NCBI GenBank assembly: GCA_965233865.1
Contig: OZ247587.1
Span: 672,001 to 736,000 of the forward strand
Origin: Candidatus Neptunichlamydia sp.
Lineage (GTDB): Bacteria; Chlamydiota; Chlamydiia; Chlamydiales; Simkaniaceae
Length of the DNA stretch: 64,000 bases
Reading direction: 5' to 3'
The notes beneath the pieces are model-generated. The model was given only the letters and a program-made list of their open reading frames with translations. It ran no database searches and had not been told where the DNA came from. The position numbers and the translations under genes were made by a program. Below, one piece after another: positions 11,329-21,013 of the stretch (position 1 is its first letter; each line of letters opens with the position of its first letter).

Positions 11329-12738
11329 TTAAACCACTATAACTCGAGATCCTTCTGGGCTGTCTTCGATTTGATAACCTTGAGAGTGGATGTAGTCTCT
11401 TTGCTTATCAGCCTCGGGCCAGTCTTTATCTGCGCGCGCTGTTTGCCTCTTCTCGAATGCTTCTTGAACATTTGTGGGGATGGAAAGCCTCTCCTCTTTC
11501 AATGGAAGGACACCTAAAACAGCATCGAGTTCTTCAAGAAAGATGAGAATATCTTGAGCCTCATCAAAGGAGATTTTTGAAGCGTCAACAAGAGCATTGA
11601 TAGGTTTGATCATATCAAAAAGTGCAGCTAGTGCAGCTGAGATATTGAGATCATCGCTAAGAGATTCATTAAAGGTTTGACGGGCCTTTTCGATCAAAAC
11701 CTTAGCGGAATTGCCAGCAGGGGCATTTGCAGTGCGGAGGCGGCGGATAAACTCACGGAGACGGTTTAACGTGTGGCGAGAGGCTTCAATCCCTTCAAGT
11801 GTGAAGTTGAGTTGAGTTCGATAGTGGGTTGACAGGAGGAGATAACGCACTTCCACGCCCGTATAGCCTTTATCAAGAAGATCGCGGAGTGTATAAAAAT
11901 TCCTAAGGCTTTTGGACATTTTTTTTCCATTCACAATGAGATGCTCAGCATGAATCCAATGCCGGACAAAATGCTTTCCTGTGCATCCTTCGGACTGCGC
12001 AATTTCATTTTCATGATGAGGGAAAATATTATCAACTCCACCAACGTGGATGTCTATGGTTTCTCCAAGAAGCTTTGTTGCCATTGCAGAGCACTCAACG
12101 TGCCAGCCGGGGCGTCCTTTTCCAAAGGGACTCTCCCAAAAAACATCGCCATCTCTTTCTTCATCGTAGGGTTTCCAAAGGACAAAATCAGAGGCTGATT
12201 TTTTGTCATACTCATCGTCAGAAACGCGCTTGGAAGCTCCCTTTTGGAGGGTATCGAGCTTGAGGTGGGAAAGGCGTCCATATGAGGGAAAGTTTTTAAT
12301 GCTATAGTAGACCCCTCCATCCTTTCCTTGGTAGGCATACCTCTTTTCAATCAGAGCTGCAATCATTGTGATCATTTCAGGGATGTAGTCGGTTGCCGGT
12401 GAGTAAATTTCTACGGGCTCAACATTCAGAGTTTTAAGATCTTCAAAAAAAGCGTCTTTATAGATCTGTGTATGCTCAGCAAGAGGAATTCCTTTTGCCT
12501 TTGCAGCAAGGATGGTTTTATCTTCGACATCGGTGAGGTTCATGACCTGTTTTAAAGGAAAACCAAAATACTTAAGCGAGCGGCGGAGAAGGTCTTCAAA
12601 AACGTAGGTACGAAAGTTGCCAATATGAGCATAGTTATAGACAGTAGGGCCGCAGGTATACATTTTGAGGGTATCTTCCCCTTCACAAAGGGAGATCTCT
12701 TCTTTTGTACGAGTTTCGGTATTAAAGATTCTAAGCAT
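11329..12738 (-). CDS. cysS: Cysteinyl-tRNA synthetase
   Basis: CGPTVY, HIGN, GRPGWHVEC, FPHHENE and KMSKS motifs. Start ATG 12738 overlaps the aas stop. Confidence 0.97.
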   Translation of the reverse strand: MLRIFNTETRTKEEISLCEGEDTLKMYTCGPTVYNYAHIGNFRTYVFEDLLRRSLKYFGFPLKQVMNLTDVEDKTILAAKAKGIPLAEHTQIYKDAFFEDLKTLNVEPVEIYSPATDYIPEMITMIAALIEKRYAYQGKDGGVYYSIKNFPSYGRLSHLKLDTLQKGASKRVSDDEYDKKSASDFVLWKPYDEERDGDVFWESPFGKGRPGWHVECSAMATKLLGETIDIHVGGVDNIFPHHENEIAQSEGCTGKHFVRHWIHAEHLIVNGKKMSKSLRNFYTLRDLLDKGYTGVEVRYLLLSTHYRTQLNFTLEGIEASRHTLNRLREFIRRLRTANAPAGNSAKVLIEKARQTFNESLSDDLNISAALAALFDMIKPINALVDASKISFDEAQDILIFLEELDAVLGVLPLKEERLSIPTNVQEAFEKRQTARADKDWPEADKQRDYIHSQGYQIEDSPEGSRVIVV

Positions 12739-15469
12739 GCATTTCCTCAATCAGTTCTCGAATCTTTCTGAGCTGAATTTTTCCAGTACCTGTCATGGGG
12801 ATTTTATTGATTTTATAGACTGCTGCAAGTTTGATAATCCGTGCAAACCCAGCCTCTTTAAGAACACCGTTAGCCACATCTTTTTCAAAATCAAAGGTCG
12901 TGAAAAGAACGAGCGTGGGTTTATCTCCCTCTTTAACACCAACTGCAAGCTGTGGCTCCTCTGCATCTGCTTTGATAAGTTCATGTTTAAGCGCATACGC
13001 TGTGATGGCCTCTTCGAGTGCCACCAAACTTACCATTTCTCCTCCAATTTTGACAAAGCGCTTGAGACGCCCGCCTAAAATAAGAGATCCATCTGGCGCA
13101 ATATGTCCAAGGTCACCACTCCGATACCATTTCTTCCCGTCTACTTCTACAAAAGGATTTGGAGCATTTTTGCCAAAGTAACCCTTAAAAACATTGGATC
13201 CTCGAATGCAAATCTCTCCTTGTTGATCGCTCGGAATTCTCTCATCGGTTTCGGGATTAATCATACAAAGCTCAACTCCAGGAGCTGGTTGCCCAACACC
13301 AACGCGAGGGATCCCTTGCCTGTTAATTGTGACAAAGGGAGAACACTCCGTAATCCCATACCCTTCAATCATCTCTTTGTTTCCCCCGAGTCGTTTCACA
13401 TATTCAAAGAGCTCAGGTGTAGCCTTTTCAGCACCAGAAACAAATAGACGAACACTTTTAAGCTGCCGGGGTGTTGCCACTCGAAAGAGGTTGCGATAGA
13501 AGCTGGGAGCACAGCAGAGAATAGTAATCTTTCGATAGAAACAGTCACGGGCCATTCCATGAGAGTCAGTCGGATCAGGTGCATAAAAGACGCGCACACC
13601 TGCTAAAATAGGAAAAAGCCCTGTTGCCGAAAACCCGAAAGAATGGAAAGGAGGAAGAACCCCATATAGAATGTCTTCTTTATAAAAATCCGTACATTGC
13701 AAAGCCTCGCGTTCATTGCTCAGGATATTCTTATGAGAAAGCGGCACTGCCTTAGGATAGCTTTCAGTTCCACTTGTAAAAAGGATCACGGCTGGGTCGT
13801 TTTCCTTGATATTTTGGAGTGCAAATTTTTTGTAGAGAACGGCTTTCTTCTTGCGAGCAAAATAGAGACCTAAAAGCTTGTTCCAAACAGAAACCCCCTG
13901 ACGAAAGTCCTCTAAGAGAACCAAATTTTCTTCAAGGTCCCCAAGCTCTAAAGCATCGACACGCTCTAAAAATCGGCGAGAACTAAGAACCGTTTTAAGT
14001 CCTAATAACTCTTTCGAAAAATTAATACTCCTCTCTCCTGCTGTCCAATTAAGCATCACAGGAATCTTGCCAGAAAAAAGGATGCTCAAGATAATAAGGT
14101 TGCAAGCCATTGTTGAGGGAAGGAGAACTCCTATATATTTGTCAGGCATCTCTTGAAGTTTTCGTGCGATGACAATGATCCCTAATTTGATTTCTTGGTA
14201 ACTCATGATTTTACTCACTTCATCACTGCAAGCCATCGATTTTCCCATACGGCCAGCTGTTTCAAGGAAACACTCTGGAATTGTCTTTCCCTCTGGAAAT
14301 TTCACGTTGGGGCGGAACTCTTCTTTAGGCCATTCATAATGCTTTAGATTCGTCGTATCGATCTTGGGTTTGCTCACACTCCCTTCAACAACAAGAAGAA
14401 GAATATCATAAACGGTTTTCAATGCGCCCGGCTGCGTCGCTTCGACATCGAATCTTTGATCAATAAAAGCATGGATGCTAGCCAAATCCAAAGAATCAAG
14501 ACCGAGATCTCGGGAAAGGTCCATTTCTTCCGTAATTTCTTTGACCCCTGACATCTTTTTTAGCTCTTGATAGAGCTTACTGCGGATATGATCAGGAACG
14601 TCGAGTTCCTTTTTTTCCTGCGGTTTTTTTTCTTCTTTAAGAATGGTGGGCACGACTTTTGAAAAACAACTATATGAAACCAAGCGAAGAGGTTCTGACG
14701 TGACGGTTTCCCCGGATTCAAGAGTGTATTTGTTATACCAATTTTCGAGATATTGATTGAGCTCAAGGCGAGTTCTTCCCTTAGGAAAATCAGTTGGAGC
14801 TCGTTCAAACTCTATTGTGACTTTCCGTCTTGGGGTGTAAAAGATCCAATTTTTTAGGATGATCTTTATTCCTTCTCTGAGCCCTTTCCAAAAATCAGGT
14901 GACTTCTCACTAAGCGCACAAGAAAAGGAGCTCCCCCACAATCCGTTGGTGCGGACCAAAACAACCTTTGTTTCAGGAGAGGAGTTTAGCAGGGAGTGAA
15001 TAAAAGAATTTCCCCCAATGTTTTCATGCCCTTCTCTTTTCAGATGACCCGAAGGATAAATGAGAAAGTTCTCCCCTTTTTTAAGTTCATTTGCAATCGT
15101 GTCTAAACACTTTCCCGCCTGTCGAATCTTCCAAGAGTTGGCAGAAAGTTCAAAGTTAGGCATCGGAAGAGCCCGGATAATGTCCATAAAAAAGCGCGCG
15201 CCACGCAAATAGTAAAAATGCTCGATCACAAGCGCACGGGGATGAAACTTTCGTGCCAAGAGGCTATAGATCGCGATGGGCTCTATTTCTGCAGGATGGT
15301 TCGGAAGAAAAAGGTTCCCCTTTTTTCCCTTCAAAAGATCGAGCCCTTTCACCTCAATTTTATATCTCAGAGAGAGGAGCCTCAAGAGCAAGTAAGATCC
15401 GATCCAAATAAGTACTTTTCGCATTCTAGCCATCATAGCAGGAAGCGGATATAAGAGACTATTATTCAA
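12731..15469 (-). CDS. aas: Aas-like fusion: PlsC acyltransferase + acyl carrier domain + acyl-ACP synthetase
   Basis: NHPAEIEP and YPSG (PlsC), DLGLDSLD (phosphopantetheine site), FTSGTESYPKAV, EGYGITECSP, YRSGDLG, GRLKRFVKIGGEM, TGTGK. Confidence 0.88.
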   Translation of the reverse strand: MNNSLLYPLPAMMARMRKVLIWIGSYLLLRLLSLRYKIEVKGLDLLKGKKGNLFLPNHPAEIEPIAIYSLLARKFHPRALVIEHFYYLRGARFFMDIIRALPMPNFELSANSWKIRQAGKCLDTIANELKKGENFLIYPSGHLKREGHENIGGNSFIHSLLNSSPETKVVLVRTNGLWGSSFSCALSEKSPDFWKGLREGIKIILKNWIFYTPRRKVTIEFERAPTDFPKGRTRLELNQYLENWYNKYTLESGETVTSEPLRLVSYSCFSKVVPTILKEEKKPQEKKELDVPDHIRSKLYQELKKMSGVKEITEEMDLSRDLGLDSLDLASIHAFIDQRFDVEATQPGALKTVYDILLLVVEGSVSKPKIDTTNLKHYEWPKEEFRPNVKFPEGKTIPECFLETAGRMGKSMACSDEVSKIMSYQEIKLGIIVIARKLQEMPDKYIGVLLPSTMACNLIILSILFSGKIPVMLNWTAGERSINFSKELLGLKTVLSSRRFLERVDALELGDLEENLVLLEDFRQGVSVWNKLLGLYFARKKKAVLYKKFALQNIKENDPAVILFTSGTESYPKAVPLSHKNILSNEREALQCTDFYKEDILYGVLPPFHSFGFSATGLFPILAGVRVFYAPDPTDSHGMARDCFYRKITILCCAPSFYRNLFRVATPRQLKSVRLFVSGAEKATPELFEYVKRLGGNKEMIEGYGITECSPFVTINRQGIPRVGVGQPAPGVELCMINPETDERIPSDQQGEICIRGSNVFKGYFGKNAPNPFVEVDGKKWYRSGDLGHIAPDGSLILGGRLKRFVKIGGEMVSLVALEEAITAYALKHELIKADAEEPQLAVGVKEGDKPTLVLFTTFDFEKDVANGVLKEAGFARIIKLAAVYKINKIPMTGTGKIQLRKIRELIEEMHA

Positions 15470-15758
15470 ATTTTTATTTTACTCTAAAAATCATAAGAAG
15501 TTGATTTTAATAGAAATAAATAATAATTACAAATTAATATAGTTGATAAATAAATATAACGTTTATAACATTAAATAATAATCGTTAATGTTATTAATTA
15601 AATTAAATGACAGCATTTTAGCCAACGAGCTCGAGATAACAGAACCGCAGATTTAGAAAATAAGGAGATCGAGTCTTTAAGGAACATTAATTTGACGCGA
15701 AAATACTTTTTTGAGTAATCAACTATGATTACATTTTAAACAAACAAGGAGTAGCATT

Positions 15759-15986
15759 GTGAAAATTGATGGAACAAGAGAACCAATCCGACCTAATACC
15801 GCTCAAACCATGGGTCATGGTTCAGATCAGACAAAAGGTGTTAGTAGTCAGGGGATGGCTAGCAATATAGAAAATATGAAGATTTTTGCTACAAATCAAA
15901 AGCCTCATGATTGGGATATTATTGATAAAGCAAGTAATCCTGGCGCTAATCAAACCGACGCCATGAGAAAGGCCATGCTTAGCTAA
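15759..15986 (+). CDS. Small hypothetical protein, possible T3SS substrate
   Basis: GTG start with AAGGAG SD; hydrophilic and S/T/N/Q-rich; preceded by a very AT-rich intergenic region. Confidence 0.55.
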   Translation: MKIDGTREPIRPNTAQTMGHGSDQTKGVSSQGMASNIENMKIFATNQKPHDWDIIDKASNPGANQTDAMRKAMLS

Positions 15987-17538
15987 TCTCATTAATCCGC
16001 CAAGACCACTCTCCGCTCTCCCTACGTTCTTCAGACTTAGGGATGCGGAGCATGACATTTACATCTAAGCTCGCAACTCGCGCACCATTTTTTGACATAT
16101 CTACAATTTCAAACTGAGTTTGACCATTCACCACAAACTCCCCTCCTTCTATAGTAAGAGAAATAGGAGCTTGCATTCCCCTTATTCCCCGTAGCATCAA
16201 GTCGCCTACTTCGAAGCTTTTCTGGAGTTCCAAAAATGGCTGTGAATAAATTTGTACCTCAAGCTGATTCATAATACGCTTAGCAGTATCTTCAGATAGC
16301 CGGTGGGTTTCGGTAAGCTCTTTATAGATTTGGTCAATCGTGTAAGGATAACCATCCCGTCCCACTGTGCCGTCATAGGAATGTCCATTCATCGTCAATC
16401 CATTTGCATAATTGCGCTTAAGCTGAGAGATTATCTTTTCCATTGACATGGTGCAATTATTTTTAATCATCTTGTCTGAATAAACAGTATACAATCTCCC
16501 TCGTAAGGAAGTTAGAATTGCTTTATACTCCCCAAGGGTTTGAGCAAGTTCCGGAAGGAAAACCGCAGGTTGCTCTTCACGCTTGTCAACAATCACCTCT
16601 TTCACTCTTTTTATCTTCTGAATTGCAAGAGTATTTTCTTTTGCAAGCGATAGTAAAAGCTCTGCGATACAAAGCGCTGGATGAATACGGTATCTAATTG
16701 GTTCCGTTCCTTTAAGCTGCAAGGTTGGAGCTTGAACACTGCCCATAATCGCCTCGAGTTTTTTAGGAGAGATTTCCTTCCCGTATATCTCGAAGAGGTG
16801 CATAAGATCCGTCGTCATATTCTGCCCTCCACCTCGATCAAAATCATCCTTGCATCCAGTATTTATATACTTGATGGGATAGTCTGTCTTAAGACCCTCA
16901 CGTTGATAATAATAGAGGAGCATGATAAACATTTGCCATTCAGTCGTCTTTTTCTCTTCTGATAATCCCCCATAAATATCGATTCGATCTTGATTCACAT
17001 CGATACGGCCTTCAAAGAACCCCTGATGAATGAACTCGCAGATCTCTCTCATTTTTTCTCTGTATTTTTCGCGATGTTTGAGACGTAAAGGGAGACGGTT
17101 GAGGCGACACCCTTTGGTCTGGTAGAAGGAGTCGATAAGCCGAGCTTTCAACTCTTCAAAAGTCCCTGCTCCTTCTTTAAAAAGGGTATTTTCAATAGCA
17201 TCGAATACTCCTCTTGCAGGAACGATTACCATTTTTTGATCTTCTTTATTAACAAGTCGGGAAGGACCAATTCGAAGATCTTGTCCAGACTGTTTTGTAA
17301 AGGGGACTATTGCAGCCATGCTAGCAGCAAGATAAGCAATAGATGCAGCTGAGTAGGAAAGAGTCGCTCTCTGATTTTCCTTAAAGGGAGTGATTATTTT
17401 TTTAGTCCTTTTTTGCGCAAGCTCGATAGTAAACCGCGTGAGGGACATCAGCGCAGCTGTAACTACAACTGTCTGAAACACTTTTCGAAAACAAATTTGA
17501 TGAAAATGCGCAGGAACCCGATTTTGTACCACTTGCAT
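15979..17538 (-). CDS. Hypothetical protein with CX5R motif (candidate phosphatase effector)
   Basis: 519-aa ORF; INTGCKDDFDRGGG with C...R at 16834-16854; N-terminal hydrophobic stretches. Confidence 0.7.
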   Translation of the reverse strand: MQVVQNRVPAHFHQICFRKVFQTVVVTAALMSLTRFTIELAQKRTKKIITPFKENQRATLSYSAASIAYLAASMAAIVPFTKQSGQDLRIGPSRLVNKEDQKMVIVPARGVFDAIENTLFKEGAGTFEELKARLIDSFYQTKGCRLNRLPLRLKHREKYREKMREICEFIHQGFFEGRIDVNQDRIDIYGGLSEEKKTTEWQMFIMLLYYYQREGLKTDYPIKYINTGCKDDFDRGGGQNMTTDLMHLFEIYGKEISPKKLEAIMGSVQAPTLQLKGTEPIRYRIHPALCIAELLLSLAKENTLAIQKIKRVKEVIVDKREEQPAVFLPELAQTLGEYKAILTSLRGRLYTVYSDKMIKNNCTMSMEKIISQLKRNYANGLTMNGHSYDGTVGRDGYPYTIDQIYKELTETHRLSEDTAKRIMNQLEVQIYSQPFLELQKSFEVGDLMLRGIRGMQAPISLTIEGGEFVVNGQTQFEIVDMSKNGARVASLDVNVMLRIPKSEERRESGEWSWRINEIS

Positions 17539-17738
17539 AAGCCAACCTTAATTGGAATGAGATTATATAGAAACAATACATAAAATAAAAATGGAAACAT
17601 AATTTCATATGTTATCGTTGTTTAAAATATCATTTAAGAACCAGTAAAAGTTCTTAAGGGGTGTACCTTAGTTACCTAAATTCTGGACGAGAGTATAGCC
17701 CAAAAAATTATTAATATGAACAGTTAAAGTTTTAGTTA

Positions 17739-18161
17739 TTATTTCTTTAAAAGATCTATCACACGAAGGTATAGCCTGCGCTCTTCTTCAAAGGTGACAT
17801 ATTCGAGTATTTCATTGATAGGAAGCCACTTACCTTCGGAAATTTCCTCTACTTGAAGAGTGTAGTTAGAAGTCACTTCAGCGAGGTAAAAACGAACGGT
17901 TTTATCTACAAGAATCCCCTCATAATGGAATTGGTACTTTTCAACAACATAAGGCGTATCAAGATAACGGATTACATCCATCCCCGTTTCCTCTTTGAGC
18001 TCACGCTCAGCAGCCTCTTTTGGAGATTCTCCTTTCTCTTTGTGTCCCTTAGGGAAGGACCAATGCCCTCCATTGAGATGGCAGACAAGAAAGACTTCCC
18101 AACAGCCTGCACGACATATAAGGGGGACAATCCCGAAACAATAACTCTTAAGCGGTTTCAC
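17739..18161 (-). CDS. Nudix hydrolase, Ap4A hydrolase-like (CT771-like)
   Basis: HWSFPKGHKEKGESPKEAAERELKEETG Nudix box. GTG start at 18161 overlaps the fabF end. Confidence 0.9.
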   Translation of the reverse strand: MKPLKSYCFGIVPLICRAGCWEVFLVCHLNGGHWSFPKGHKEKGESPKEAAERELKEETGMDVIRYLDTPYVVEKYQFHYEGILVDKTVRFYLAEVTSNYTLQVEEISEGKWLPINEILEYVTFEEERRLYLRVIDLLKK

Positions 18162-19410
18162 AAGGGCCAAAGATGACAACAGAGTTGTGTCCACCAAACC
18201 CAAAGGAGTTTGAAATTCCCGCTTTGACATCAAAATCCTCGGCTTTACCCCTAACAATATTGAATCCTTCAAGTTCTTCTTCAGGATCTTTAAGATTGAG
18301 GTTTGGATGGAGCTTCTTTGTTTGAATGGCTTTGATCGTTGCAATCGCCTCAACGCCCCCAGCAGCCCCTAGACAATGACCCGTCATTGATTTAGTGGCG
18401 TTCATCTTTATCTCTTTGACCTGATCACCAAAGACAGTGCGTATTCCACGTACTTCACAGAGATCGCCCACTGACGTCGCTGTCGCATGGGCATTGACGT
18501 AGTTGATATTTTTTTTGTCGATGTTGGCATCCTTGATAGCTGTCTCAATACAGCTAGCCACCCCTGATCCATCTTCGCGTGGACTTGTAATATGATAAGC
18601 ATCGGTAGAAACCGCGCCACCCAAATACTCCGCAAGAATCGTTGCTCCACGCTTTTTAGCATGCTCATATTCTTCAAGGACAAGAACACCAGCTCCCTCA
18701 CCTACAACGAAACCGTCACGAGACTTGTCCCATGGACGAGAGGCTCCTTCTATGTCGCTGTTTCGCTCAGAAAGCGCTTTCATCACAACGAATCCAGCAA
18801 CTCCGATTGGATTAATTGGCGCTTCACTTCCCCCGCAAACCATAAGATCCGCATCTCCCCGCTCAATGTGTTGTGCTGCAGAAACGATCGAATAGTTTGC
18901 TGTTGCGCAGGCAGTCGAAATTGAATAGGTCGGGCCAGTAAATCCTAGGTCTATGGCTAAGAGGCCGCCCCCCATGTTAGTGATGATATAGGGAACAAAG
19001 AAGGGGGTAATCCGATTAAATCCTTTATCGAAAAGTGTCTTATTTCCTTCGAAAAATATCGACATCCCTCCCATTCCAGAACCAACAAGAACACCACAAC
19101 GAGACTTATCAAGTTTTTCAAGCTCTTTGCCTGTCAAACCTGCGTTTTCTAAAGATTTTTTACCTGCAACCATTGTGTAGCGAATAAAAGGGTCTACGCG
19201 ACGCGCTTGCTTTTTGTCCATGTGCTCGCTAACTTCAAAATCTTGAACCGATCCTGCAAAACGCGTAGGATAATCTTCGCATGGAAATTGGGTAATAGGA
19301 GTAATTCCACTTTTTCCTTCTAAAAGACTTTGATAGAAGTGATCAACATCAGTTCCAAAACAGGAGACAATTCCCATTCCTGTCACAACAATACGGCGCT
19401 TTTTACTCAC
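18148..19410 (-). CDS. fabF: 3-oxoacyl-ACP synthase II
   Basis: TACAT catalytic Cys, NAHAT, GHCLGAAG and SNSFGFGGHN motifs. Confidence 0.97.
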   Translation of the reverse strand: MSKKRRIVVTGMGIVSCFGTDVDHFYQSLLEGKSGITPITQFPCEDYPTRFAGSVQDFEVSEHMDKKQARRVDPFIRYTMVAGKKSLENAGLTGKELEKLDKSRCGVLVGSGMGGMSIFFEGNKTLFDKGFNRITPFFVPYIITNMGGGLLAIDLGFTGPTYSISTACATANYSIVSAAQHIERGDADLMVCGGSEAPINPIGVAGFVVMKALSERNSDIEGASRPWDKSRDGFVVGEGAGVLVLEEYEHAKKRGATILAEYLGGAVSTDAYHITSPREDGSGVASCIETAIKDANIDKKNINYVNAHATATSVGDLCEVRGIRTVFGDQVKEIKMNATKSMTGHCLGAAGGVEAIATIKAIQTKKLHPNLNLKDPEEELEGFNIVRGKAEDFDVKAGISNSFGFGGHNSVVIFGPCETA

Positions 19411-19774
19411 TTTTCACCTTAGAGTTTAAATCTACATCTATCACCTTGCCCTCAGGCCATAGGCGTTCTAACTGATACTTTTGCCGCATATCGGGAAGGA
19501 GGAGATGAATAACCACTTGGAAGTAATCGAGAACTACCCAATCTCCAACTTGCTGCCCCTCAATATGAACCGGTTTTTCTCCCTCATCTCGCATGATATG
19601 CTGAATCTCAGTTGCAAGCGCGGATACATGCCGATCCACATTTCCATCTGCAATGATGACGTAATCAGTGATCGACGAAATGCCCCGTACATCTATAGCG
19701 ATGATATTGGTCCCTTTTTTGTCGTGAATCGCCTGCGCGATTTGCTGAATTATGTGTGAAAGATCTTTAACCAT
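19403..19774 (-). CDS. rsfS: Ribosome silencing factor RsfS
   Basis: DKKG..I, WVVLDY..V.IH and YQLERLW motifs. Confidence 0.95.
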   Translation of the reverse strand: MVKDLSHIIQQIAQAIHDKKGTNIIAIDVRGISSITDYVIIADGNVDRHVSALATEIQHIMRDEGEKPVHIEGQQVGDWVVLDYFQVVIHLLLPDMRQKYQLERLWPEGKVIDVDLNSKVKSE

Positions 19775-20375
19775 ACGGTGAAGAGTATATAGTATTTTGA
19801 TGAATGTAGTCTAGCACTTTTCCTTGAACTAAATGCCCACAATATAGCTTTTTTTTGAGTCTCTCCCGAATCTCACTACTACTTACGTCCATTGCAGGAA
19901 TTTTGCACATCCCCTGTTCAATTTTTAATTTGATTTTTTCCGAAAGTTGATTTAATTTTTTAGTATCAAAACCACGCCTTACCCCTACCAGGGGAGATGC
20001 TTTTTCGAGAAGCCTGTCGATATCTTTCCATTCTCCAAACTCACACGCGGTATCTTCAGCAACAATCAGATAAAGATTTCCTTTGATTTCCTGAAGAGTA
20101 TCGATTGTGAAGGAAGGTGCAGGACGCTGAATTTCCCCATCATAAGGATCGCAGTCAGGAACATCTTCAAGGGCGAGTCGCAACATGTTGAGGCGGTGAT
20201 TTGCAGCTGCCTCAGGTGGGGTAGCCCCCTTTGATGGAGATACATTTGCAGGACAAAAAAGAACCTGGTCTAGATCTTTTAGTTCCATAATACGCATGGC
20301 CAAATTGAGGTGGCCTATATGAATCGGATCAAAAGTTCCCCCAAAAAAGCCAATTTTTTTTAGATGATTTCCCAT
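19767..20375 (-). CDS. nadD: Nicotinate-nucleotide adenylyltransferase
   Basis: GGTFDPIHIGH, SFTIDTL and SSSEIR motifs; next to rsfS. Confidence 0.92.
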   Translation of the reverse strand: MGNHLKKIGFFGGTFDPIHIGHLNLAMRIMELKDLDQVLFCPANVSPSKGATPPEAAANHRLNMLRLALEDVPDCDPYDGEIQRPAPSFTIDTLQEIKGNLYLIVAEDTACEFGEWKDIDRLLEKASPLVGVRRGFDTKKLNQLSEKIKLKIEQGMCKIPAMDVSSSEIRERLKKKLYCGHLVQGKVLDYIHQNTIYSSPYG

Positions 20376-21004
20376 GAATGCTCCTTAGAAACCTTAAGAA
20401 GTTTTGAGTTAGGATTAACAGCTACGGGACTTCCAGCTGACTCCAAAAACGGAAGGTCGAGGTCACTATCCGAATAAGCAGTCACCTTTGCAGAAGATGT
20501 TTTTAAACGGTCGGTCAGTTGCTCCATGCAAACAGCTTTTCCAGCTCCAAGAAGAATTGATTCAATGGCATTAAAATTTCCCTTTTCATCCACGCTATAG
20601 TTCGAAGAATACCATTCATTCACTCCTAAGTACTCAGCAATGGGCCCTACGACAAAAGAAGGTCCATTTGACAAGATTACGGTATAATGTCCCTCATGCT
20701 GTGCACGACGAAGACGATCGAAGGTAGGTAAATAGAGAAAACGATAAAAGTCTTTTTTCAAGAATGCAGTCACCTCGTCTTGTACGAGCTGAAGAGGAGC
20801 CCCCTTTAAAAATTTTTCGAATACTTTCTGGTGTAGTTCCGTCAGGCTTAAGTTAAGAAAATAATGACGGGCAGAGTAGAACAGCGCCTCAATGAGTGAG
20901 ATAGGATGATAGAACCCTCTCGATATCAAATAACGATAAAAGAGGAGGCTGGAGTTCGAGCGGACCAACGTGTGGTCAAGGTCAAATGCACTGATCTGTT
21001 TCAA
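20360..21004 (-). CDS. HAD-IB family hydrolase (SerB-like)
   Basis: FDLDHTL, AYSDSDLDLPFL and AVNP motifs. Confidence 0.88.
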   Translation of the reverse strand: MKQISAFDLDHTLVRSNSSLLFYRYLISRGFYHPISLIEALFYSARHYFLNLSLTELHQKVFEKFLKGAPLQLVQDEVTAFLKKDFYRFLYLPTFDRLRRAQHEGHYTVILSNGPSFVVGPIAEYLGVNEWYSSNYSVDEKGNFNAIESILLGAGKAVCMEQLTDRLKTSSAKVTAYSDSDLDLPFLESAGSPVAVNPNSKLLKVSKEHSWEII

Positions 21005-21013
21005 TGGTCGATA

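Noticed and set aside
18162..18353. N-terminal extension of the Nudix ORF in the track
   Set aside because: Lies inside fabF; GTG 18161 gives the typical ~140-aa size.
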